Under the pieces are notes generated by a model. That model was not told the origin of the DNA, searched no databases, and was given only the letters and a program-made list of their open reading frames with translations. A program made the position numbers and the translations under genes. 64,000 nt of DNA from a virus (taxonomy: Duplodnaviria; Heunggongvirae; Uroviricota; Caudoviricetes), in IMG/VR virus record IMGVR_UViG_3300035494_000066, one strand, 5' to 3'. This document shows, one piece after another, positions 34,208 through 46,200 of the stretch; within the stretch, counting starts at the first letter, position 1, and every line of letters begins with the position of its first letter.

Positions 34208-37200
34208 ATGGCATTATACAAATCAATTGGATTTCTACCAGAAGTTCATAACACAAAGTTTAATAAAAAGTTTTTAGCTGCAACTCTAGACCAATTAATA
34301 AGTGAAAAGCGTCTACGGAAAGTTAACGGCTTAGTTGGCCGAAAGTTTGGTGCACAGTTTAATAATATCGATTCGTTTGTACAAAACAGTACAGCAGAAC
34401 GCAATCAATACCAGCTTGAGCCTACAGTTGTTTTCAAAGATGCTAACAAAAATATTGTTAGTACAGTCACTTATCCCGATGTTCTTAATAAAGTTGCTGC
34501 TGCAGGCGGATTTAAAGATCGTGCTGATGCTATGTTTAGCCATCAGTCACAGACGTTTACTGGTTTAGTCGATCTAGACAAGTTTGTTAATTTTAGCCAG
34601 TATTACTGGTTACCAAACGGCCCAGACTCTGTTGATATTTTTAGCTCAGCTGTCCCGGTTACTAACACATTTCAGTTTACATATACTCCTGCAGGTTATG
34701 TATTCGACGGGTCGTCTGAGACAAATCCGTATATAACTGTTGTACAAGGCGGTAATTACACACTGTCTGCAAATGGCCGCCGCTTGTATATACAGACTGA
34801 ACCCGGACTATCCGGGTACCGCGCAGCGTCTCCTAACGTTAGTACCCGCGATATTTTGGGTGTGACAGGTAATGGTTCACGTGAAGTGCTGTTTAATGTA
34901 CCAATTGACTCTGCACAAGACTCGTTTGTACAAATGCCATCTAAAAATGTTAACTTAGTTACGCAGTTGTCGTTCGAAGACATTAACAATAAAACATTAA
35001 CGCAGTTCGAGGACGAATTTGGCACCATCGACGGCGTTACTTTTTTAGACGGTAAGACTGTAGTATTTTTAAATCAAACGTCGGAAGAGTGGAATATTGG
35101 CGATTTGTACGACTCTACTGTTTTTGACGCCAGCGGGTCTGCGTACGATATAACAGGGGTTGTAGGCGAAGCGTTCCGCGGCGGCATTTGGAAAATATCA
35201 GTATCATCGACGGGTGTGCTATCGTTAACCTACCACGATGATTTTCCTGAAAACACAAAAATTATTGTAACAGAAGGGGTGTCTAACAGTAATGTAGAGT
35301 ACTACAAAACTCCTGCAGGGGAAATTACTAAAGTTCCAGTGATCACAGCGCCTCTTCGAACACTGTACTACCAGGATGCAGAAAATAGCAATGTATACGG
35401 AGAGATCCGTATTGTGCAAGAAAATTCAGTACCGTTTATAAACGTCAATGACATTATCGGGAAAAAAGAATATACTAGTCCGAATGGGGTTGTGTTTACA
35501 ACAGGCCTTAAAGTTAGGTTCGATACTGCAGTAATTCAGACTGAGTACGCAGATAAAGAGTATTACGTCGAAGGTGTTGGTAAAAGTATCAGCTTAATAC
35601 CTGTTAGTGAACTAGTTACTCCGGAAACCTGGACCGAAACGCTATCGGAAGGCTACGACACTTCTTTATACGACAGTCAACGGTTTGACGGAACGTTCAA
35701 CAGTCCGGTTAATAAAGATTACATCGTAATAAACCGTGCTAGCAAAGACAGAAACCCATGGGCACGGCATAACCGCTGGTTCCACGTGGATGTTATTAAT
35801 GCTACAGCACAGTATAATAATTACACACCGGTGCTAAATCAGACTAGTCGCGCTAAGCGTCCGATCATCGAATACGTCCCTAACTTACAACTAGTTAATT
35901 TTGCATCTAGGCACATAGCAAATGTAACATTAATCGACACTGTTACAACTGACGCGTTTAGTCGAGTTGAAGGAACGCCAGGGTATTTTATCGACGGTGT
36001 GGAATTAGCACCAGGTCAGACTATTGTGTTTGCAGCTGACACTGAATATTCGGTTCGTCGACGCGTTTATCGAGTCGACTTTGTTGATGTTACTGGAACA
36101 GGTTCAACAACAGTAAAATTAATCGATACTGGAGTACTTGCTAGTGACCTAGATGGTATTGTTGTTTCGGGCGGTATATCTAATCAAGGAAAAAGCTTTG
36201 TCTTTAAAGACCGCACTTGGGCAGAGTCTCAGTTTAAACAGTCAGCTAACACGCCAGTGATGTTCGATATTATTGATGCCGACGGTGTTTCGCTTGGTGA
36301 TAACACAAGATACCCATCAACATCGTTTGCTGGAACAAGTATATTCGAGTACGCACCGGGTCGTGTTACCGACACCGAGTTAGGGTTTGGTATATCTTAT
36401 AGTTCGTTTAGTAACATCGGCGACATACTGTTTAATCTAACGTTAGATACTGATACGTTTACGTATATCGACAACGGCACTGAGATAACGCAGAATATTA
36501 ACACAGGCAATGCATATTCGTATACAAGTGCGTTGCACGAAGTAACGCCTATGCATGCATGGGTCACGAATTATAAAAAAACTCCACAGTACCAGATTCT
36601 TGAGTTTGTTTCTACTGGAGAACCTCTAGAGATTCGAGTGCCTAGGGTAGAAGAATTTGAGCTGTCCCGGTCTTTATATGTTTACATTGACAATAAAGAA
36701 ACGTTTAACTACACTGCAACAAATGTAGACGAGAGTACCTACGTAGAATTTACATCTGACATTCCAGCTGGAAAGTATGTAGTTGTTAAATTTGCTAGTA
36801 ATGTAAAAGATCCGAATTCGTACTACGAAATACCTGCTAACTTAGAATCGAACGGCAACAACTTGCCGGTTAGTAGTTTTACATTAGGGCAAATTAGAAA
36901 TCATGTTAATTCGATTACAGAAACGCACAAGTTTTTTAATCGCGATGGTAATAGTAATCTGCGAGACCTCGGCGACTTTGCAGCTGTTGGAGGAACAATA
37001 ACTCGTCATTATGACAGCTTCTTAACAGCAGCAGCGCTATTAACTGATGACAACCTTGATGCACTTCGGAGTTTAGAATACGCTCAGCTTGAGTACTTTA
37101 AGTTTAAGAACAAATTTGTTGACTTAATTACGCGCACTGACTATACAAACATGACAGTCGAGGCGGCTGTATCAGATGCTATTAGCGTGCTGAATGAGTA

Positions 37201-40200
37201 TAAAAGCGAATCCGAATTTCCGTTTTACAACTCTGATATGATCGGGTTCTCTAATAACAAGTCGTCGATCGAATATACCGTAATCGACGAGTCTCAGACT
37301 GAGTGGGAATTAACTAGCCAGTTTAACCTCAACGAAATATCAACTCGTGCAGTTTACGTATACTATAACGGCGAACAGCTGCTGCACGGGCGTGATTATG
37401 AATTTTCAGATAGCCGTGCTGCAATTATAACACGCATCCCGTTAAGTGCAGATTCGACGATCGTGATCAATGAGTATACGAACACAAAAGGTAGTTTCGT
37501 ACCGCCAACACCGTCGAAGATGGGATTGTGGCCAGCTACTGTTCCTGAGAAGGTACTAGACACTTCGTATAGAACTCCGCAAGAAGTGATTGTAGGCCAC
37601 GACGGTAGTACAATGCTAGCGTTTTCGGATATGCGCGATGACTTGATCCTTGAATTCGAAAAGCGCGTTTACAATAACATCAAAGTAAAACCGATCTTAT
37701 TCGACTGGTATAAGCTAATTCCAGGAGCGTTCCGCGACACTGTATACAGTGTTGACGAGTTTAACACTGTATTAGGTGCAGAGTTCAACAAGTGGGCTAG
37801 TCGCACAAGTGTTAAAGTAACCGATGGGTCGTCGTTTAATACAAACGACCCGTATACGTGGAACTACGCCGAGTCGACATGTGCACTAGATGGTATTAGT
37901 ATCAATGGTACATGGCGTTCAGTATACCGTTACTTATACGACACTGAAACACCGCATTTAACTCCATGGAAGATGCTAGGGTACTCTTCTGAACCAAATT
38001 GGTGGGAAAGTCAATTTGGACCAGCGCCTTATACTGCGGGTAACATGGTATTGTGGGACCGACTTGCAAACGGAGAGAAATACAATCCAGTAACTGGCGA
38101 GTGGGAAGCCGATCCGCGTTTTGCCAGACCGGCACTGCAATCAATCATTCCTGTTGATGACTTTGGTCGACTGTTAAGCCCGGTTGAAGTTGTGGTCAAA
38201 ACATACAATAGTTTCTCTATGGCCCGACCGCTTCAATTTGGCGATATTGGCCCAGCTGAATACTCGTGGAGACAGTCAAGTGAACTACCGTTTGCTATGT
38301 GTGCAGTAGCAGCTCTGCTTATGCCTAGTGAGTTTTTAAGTAGTTCTATTCAGTCGAGCAACGTTAATACAATTAGAAAATTCACCGAGACACTAGTCCA
38401 TAGCAACGAGAACTACGTTCCGGGCTTAATTCAGTATATTGTAGACTACAACACGTTTTTAGGTGTTAACCGAAATATTATTTCGGAAAAAATATCAAAC
38501 GTTGCTGTTCAGTTAAGTCATCGCTTAGGCGGATACAGCGACTTGGCTCAGCTTAAAGTTGTTGCTACTCGAGCAACACCGGGTAGCCAGAACGACGGTG
38601 TGCTGATTCCTGATACTAATTTAGAGCTGTTCTTGCATAAAAGTCAACCGATTGGTGTTTATTCTTATAGCGCAGTAATAGTAGAGAAGACGCCGTCGGG
38701 GTATACAGTGTCGGGGTATGACACATCGGCTGCAGGCTTTGAAATAATACCTAGTGTTATAACTTCGAACAAAAGCACTATTAAAGCAGGCAACGCTACT
38801 TCGACTGTATATAACGATTTTAACAACGTTGTAACTACGATCCCATACGGGACTGAGTTTGCAACAAGAGACCAGCTAGTTGATTTCCTAGTAAGTTACC
38901 AACGCCGATTAAAGAGTTTAGGATTTGTATTCGATGAGGTATTAACCGACGGGCAATTGCGTGATTTTGTGCTGTCTGCTAAAGAGTTCCTTTTCTGGAC
39001 AACACAACGATGGGCACCAGGAAGCATTATTGTATTAAACCCAATCGGATCTCTAATTAGATTCTCGCGCGATTTTGAAGTCGTCGACGATGTTCTTTCA
39101 ACAGGCGTAGTACTCGACAACAACTTCAAACCGGTTCGTAGCTCTAGCATGCATGTCGTACGTGATGCTAATGCATTTGAATTAGAAGCAGACAACAATA
39201 TAGGATTGGTTAAATTCCGAACTGTCCAATACGAGCATATGTTAGTATTAGACAACGCTACGATATTTAAAGATGTAATTTACAAACCAGAACTAGGTAA
39301 TAGACATCAATTTATTCGACTAAATGGTTACGTAACTCGCGAGTGGAACGGTACATTGTATGCCCCGGGATTTGTGTTAAGTCAAAGTACAAACAAAGAA
39401 TGGCAGCCTGGTAAAAACTACGCCAAGGGCGAGTTCGTAGTTTATAAAGGTACGTTGTATGTTAGCTTGTTACATGTAGACGCGTCTGAGTCGTTTGATT
39501 ATAATGCATGGACTGTTGCAGACAAGCCTGTTACTGGGTTACTTCCGAACTGGAGTGCTAAAGCACAGCAGCCGGAGGATTTTTATAACATTGATGTTGC
39601 AAACCTAGAACAAGACGTCGATCGTTACGGTAAAGGTTTAATCGGTTATCAGAAGCGAAGTTACTTAGAACGCTTAGGTCTAGACGACGTAAGCCAGGTT
39701 AAATTTTATCAAGGGATGATCAAAGAGAAAGGAACTAACAGTAGCCTTAAGAGCTTGTTAAAAACCCAAGTTGACAACTTGACTGTCGACGTTGACCTAT
39801 ACGAAGAATGGGCTCTAAGAACAGGTAGCTACGGTTCAATTGACTCTGTTAAGACAACTGAGATAGTTCTTGATCCAGAAAAAGTAACAAGTACTAGGTC
39901 AATTATTGAGCTTGTTAACAACACGTCAGCAGCTCCGTATATGCAAGTTCGCGAGTCTGACTTGTGGAAAAAACCGGCTAACTTTGCTATAGAAAACTGG
40001 CCAACTGTGCGATCGACTGAATCAGAAATGTCACTAACTGCTGCTGGATACGTTCGTCCACGAGACGTAAACAAAGCAATTGTAAACGTGTCGGACATCA
40101 AGCGACTATCACCTCTGGTTAACGAAATGTACCCGGGTTACACAATATGGGTTGCAAAAAGTTATAAATCTGAGTGGGATGTGCTACGAGCTACTTCGTT

Positions 40201-43200
40201 AGATGTGCAAGTTGTTGCTGCGTCAGTGTCAAACAATGGGTACTTAAAACTCAAGTTTGCAAGATCAGTTAACTTAGATACTAACACGAGTTTTGCAATT
40301 AAAAATTTCCACTCTAGAATAAACGGAGTGTATACTGTTTTAGCTAGCCCGAAACCTGACGAAGTTGTAGTTGATACAAAAGCTACAAATGTCGACTTTA
40401 CTGGAGCAGGAATTGTGCTGTTGTTCGAATCTATACGAATTCGTCCAGAGTCGACATTAAGTGCAAAGCAAACGTTATCGTCATTTACTATTGGTGAAAA
40501 ATTGTATGTTGATAGTAACTCAGACAGTAACTGGTCGGTGTATAACAAAACAGCGCCGTGGACTTTTAACTCAATTGCAACACTGCAAACGCCAACAGCT
40601 GATCAAATGGTTGGCCAGTCTATTGCAATACTAGAACACAACGTAGTTGCAGTTACTTCTAAGAACAACAGTGCAGTTAAACTGTTTCAAGTTGGTCCGA
40701 CTGCAACAGATGAACTTTCAGAAGTCCAATTGATGTTGTCTAATATCGCCGGAGCAGCAACAGTGGTTAAGTCCTATGGTTCGACACTAGCTATCGGCTT
40801 GCCAGAGTCTGCTGCTGGCAAGGGCCTTGTTGCAATAGGTTCGCAGATTGGTGCAGACATAGCAATCCGGTATGTGCTAGCAGCGCCTGACACGTCTGCG
40901 ATGTATGGTTCTGCAATTGCGTTTAGCAACACCGGCGAATGGCTTTTTGTCGGAGCGCCAGAATCCGGATCGATTTACGCATATAACTTAGTAAACGCCG
41001 AATCGCAAAGTCAGCTAGTAACAATAAATGCAACTGGTGTTTATACCTTAGACAATGCTCTAGATACCGAATCAGTAGTAGTTCAGGACAATGCTGGAGA
41101 GATTTTAACTCCGTATGTTGATTATAACATTAGTGGAAATAGCTTAACGGTTACTAAACCTTATCCAATTGGCACTGAGATTGTAGTACAAACACTACCG
41201 AAATTTCAACTAGTTGATTCTTTAAGCAACGGACCTAGCTTTGGTAGCAGTGTATACAGTGACAGCCGCGGCGAAGTAATAATCGCAGGTGCACCGTATT
41301 CAACTGTTGACGATAATAACGAAGCTGGGTCTGCATATGTGATTTCACGTAGTGTAGAAAACATTTACGGCGACGGTTCGACTGGCACGTTTTTATTATC
41401 AGAAACTCCGAACACTCGGTTTAAAGTTACTATTAGTGGCGAAGATGTAACGCATACTGTAACAGTTTCGGGTAGGCAAATTACTTTCGCTAAGCCGTTA
41501 GGCTTAGGAGAAGTTGCAACAGTTGAATTAAATAACTTGTCTATTCAGCAAGAAATTAAAAACCCGGAACCTTCAGACCGCGACTGGTTTGGTTGGGCAG
41601 TTGTAATGTGCCCTACTGAATGTAGTGCGTATGTGTCGGCACCTGGTAGTGATAACGGACAGCCGAATAGTGGCATTGTGTATTCGTTGTCTAATAAGCC
41701 GCTACAAACCGGAGCAGCTATACTAAGTCCAACAAATACAGGTTCGTCGATCCGCATAAACAATTACGCAATTACGTATACTAACACCGAACAGTTCCTA
41801 AGTGACATTAACAACATCCCAGGCATTGCTGCTACTGATGTTTCTATAGACAGTACTACATTGCGTGTAGATGTTAGAAGTGCTGCTAAGCTAACTATTA
41901 CAGCACCAGCTGGAAATTCGCTAGCTGATTTTGGTATCAGTAAGCTAACTCTGAACTCGGTAATTAAACATCCAGACGAGTCGAGTAATGAAAAATTTGG
42001 CCATGCGCTTGACTTAACTAACAACGGCAAAACCTTGTTAATAGGGTCGCCGTATGCATCTACCTTTAAGGATGTAACGCTAGACGATTCAACAACTGTC
42101 CTGGATGCAAAAACTACAAGACTTCGCGATCGCGAACACAAGTCGGGCAGCGTCTATGTGTTTGAGTATGTAAGCACGAGTCCGGAATCCGGATCTTTTG
42201 TACCTGGTCAACAGCTTGTTGCTGGTACAGTGTCGCCGCTTGACGAATTTGGTTTTGCGTTAGCAGCAAAAGGAAATATGATTGTTGCGTCAGCACCGCG
42301 AGAAGATACTAGCAGTGCCCCTAACGCTGGGACTATATTAGTGTTTTCTAACAGCGATAATAAGCAGTGCTGGGACTCAGTTAGGTCACAAGAGGACGTT
42401 GTTGACATTAGCTTAATCGACCGCTTAATGGCGTATAATAAAACAACAAATACAATTGTAACGTATATTGATGTTGTCGATCCACTGTCGGGACGTGTGT
42501 TAGGGCAAGCACAAGCTGAGCTCGATTATATAACAGAACACGACCCTGCAGTGTACACAAACGGTGATACTAACGTTAATAGTAGTTCTGCGTGGGCTGA
42601 AGAGCATGTTGGCGAATATTGGTGGGATACAAGCGCAGTTCGTTACGTTAATTATAAAATCGGTACGTTAGAAGAACGTGCTCAGTACTGGAATAAGAAG
42701 TTCCCAGGATCAGAAGTTGCAGTGTATGAGTGGATCCGCAGTAAACTGCCGCCAGCTGAATTTATCGAAAGCAACCCAGGTGCTGCACTTAAGTATTCGG
42801 CTGATACATACACAACGTTAACACGTTACAGCGAAACAGACAAGACTATTGGTACATATTACTACTTCTGGGTTCGCGGCTTAGAGAAAGTTGCAGAATC
42901 TAAGAAGTTAAGTGCGTCAACAGTTGAACAGTATATCGACCAACCTGATTCAACAGGTATACCGTATGCAATGTTCTTGTCTAGTAGTGCTATAGCACTT
43001 GGCAATATGCAAAACTTAGTGTCAGGCCGCGACACTGTGCTTAGTGTTTCGTTCAACGGTGCAGACGATAACAAGTTATGGCATAACGAATACCAGTTAA
43101 TTAAGCAAGGAAGCAACAGTTCGACTATAACCGATCGCATGTATCTTAAGCTTAAGGATAGTTTAGCAGGCGCAACATTTACAGGAATGTCAGTGCCAGA

Positions 43201-46200
43201 TAGGAACTTATTACCGAGTGAGAAGTATGGTATAGGGTTCCGTCCGAGACAGAGTATAGTTGTTAACAGAGAAGAAAGTTTGCGACAGCTAGTTGAATAC
43301 GTTAACAACGAACTTCGGGCAAAGCCGTATGCAAGTGCTATTCGATACAATAACTTACTTCGCAACGACCCTGCTCCGCGGAAGTCAGCTAAGCTATGGG
43401 ACGAGTCAGTTAAATTTGACGCAGACTTACGGTTTATCGATACTAACGAAAAACCAGCTGGGTACCGTGTGTTGGTAGAACAAGATCTGTCAGAAAGCAC
43501 ACTGTGGACTATTAGAACATTATCAAATAGTAAGCAATGGGTTAAAACCCGAGTGCAATCTTATAAGACTGAAAACTTCTGGTCTACGGTTGATTGGTAT
43601 GCAGCTGGGTATTCGGCTGACACTGTAGTAACTCATAAAGTGCAGTCAATGGACAAGCTAGGTCAGCTATCAACGCAGCCTGGATCGGTTGTGTTAGTTG
43701 CTTCAAACAACGCTGGCCAATTTGAATTACATGCAGCTGATTCGGATAATAAGTTAGTGTTAGTCGGCTTACAAAACGGAACAATTCAGTTAAGTAGATC
43801 GTTGTACGATCCTACAGTAGAGAACGTTGGTTTTGATGCCGAAGTATTTGATGCTACTCGATTCGATCTCAACCCAGTTGCTGAAATTCATGCAATACTA
43901 GACGCAATTCGTGAGGACATTTTTATTAACGAAAACGTTAGTAAGTTTAACGAAATTGTGTTTAACTTGTTCGAGTTAATATTAGCAGAACAGCAAAACG
44001 TCGACTGGTTGTTCAAAACTAGCTTTATTAGTGTCGAGCATAAGGTGAGAGGACTGGATCAGTTCACTACATATCAGCCCGATAACCAGACGTTCTTGCT
44101 TGATTATATTAACGAGGTTAAACCGTACAGAACTAAAGTTCGCGAGTACTTGTTAAAGTATGACAGGGTAGATACTGTTAATACTAGCGTAAGCGACTTC
44201 GATATCGAGAGTGTATACGATGAAAACCTAGGTATATACAGAAAACTAGATATTAATGATCCGTACGATGTTAACGAATTTGCCGGAACATCGAGCGAAG
44301 CTTGGTCTAGAAATTACACTAGTTCAATCGGACGTGTGGATATTGTAACTAAAGGATCGGGTTATAGTGTAACACCGCAGATTGAAATTAGCGAACCGGA
44401 CATCGGCACTAACAGAGCAACAGCTGAAGTTATTACCCGCGCCGGCGAAGTACATAAAGTTAATGTGATTAATCCGGGGTCGGGCTATATCACTACCCCG
44501 ACTGTCCGTTTAATTGGCGGCAACGGTACTGGTGCTAGAGTTGTTGCTAGATTAGACAATTCTACTACACGAAAGATTAAAACTGCAATTAAATTCGATC
44601 GAATCGATTATCGATCACAAGTTCAACCGTGGCAGCCGGGTAGTGTGTATGCAGTAGGGGATATTGTACGATACAATAACAAAGCATATCGAGTTATCGT
44701 AGACCACACATCGGCTGATGCGTTTAATTTTAGCAACGTTGCCGAAGTGCATGCAGACGAGTTTATATCAGCTAACGACAGAATAGCAGCATTTTATCAG
44801 CCTAAGGAAGGAATGCTAGATAATAATTTAGCACAGTTAGTATCTGGTGTCGACTATCCAGGATCTCGTGTCACAGGCCCGTCTTTTGACGTCGAACCGG
44901 GCTTTGATGTTGCTGCGTTTGATGCTGAGGTATTTGATAACTACGAAGTAACAGCCGACGGGATTACTGTTTTAAGCAGTAATGTACTAGACACAAACAT
45001 TGTTAGTAAGTTCACAGACAGTAACCTAGGACTCCGCCCGGAAGATATTAGTGTCGATGGTGCTAGCTTTGTCGACGAATACAACTCGCATCACCCGGAA
45101 GAGTTTATTCCGGGCATGATGTTTGACACAGTTGATATAAAAGTTATGCAAGCACCTAGTAGCAACTTTACAAACAACGGCAATGGGTTGCGCATCCGGT
45201 TAAATTACTTTGTAGGCGACGGATTAACTACTGCGTTTACTGTTGATCGCAGCGACAAGGTGATTGTGTACTCGAAAGAAAGAGGTGCATTGTTTGCTAA
45301 TATCGACTTTACTGTTGATTATATCAATAGTCGGATATTGTTTAACACTCCTCTACTAAACGATGAAACTGTTTATGTGTACTTGTTTGATGTTGCTGGC
45401 GAGGGCATTGTGTATAACAATGCATTTACTACAACTGAAGAGATAAGCACAATAAATGTGCCAACTAGTCGGGCTGTCTCGAAGAGTGTATTCTGCTTAG
45501 TAGATGGTGTTGAACACGAAGCGTCAATTACTGCTACAACTAGCGGAGTAGTAGTAACTTTGGCTACACCAATACCAGCTGGGCATTTTGTTAAATTGTG
45601 GGTGTTCAATTCGGAAAACACAATTCCGTATAGCAATGTAGTCGAAGATAGAATTGTAACTACTGCAAATGTGCGTAGCTACGAAATATCACAAAGCGTG
45701 TTGTATACCGGACCAAAATCAAGCCATATGATTGTCGAATTAGACGGCAATCGATTAACTCCGGCCAATGCTAAGTATTACACTGCTGACGGTGTTAATA
45801 ATAATTTCAGACTGCCCGATTCTGCAGACGATCAGTGGTACGGTATTAGCACTACTGACATTGAAGTGTATCGTAACGACACTAGACTGCAAGAGTATGT
45901 AAACTACACAGTCACTGTCGACGACGGTATTACGCCGCGAGGTGTTATTTTGCACGAAACACCCGATCAGAACGAAGTTATTACCGTAGCACTTACAACA
46001 AATGCACAATATCGGATTATAAATAACAATACTATTCAAATTTCGAATACTGTTGCAATTTCCGACGGTTCGGAACTTCGTGCAATATCGTTTACAAATC
46101 ACGACCACAGTGATGTGCAGACAAAAGTGTTTGTTGGCACAACAGAGTCGACTATAGTTGCAACTGTAGGCTTTGATGATGCGCCATATGATAGTATTGG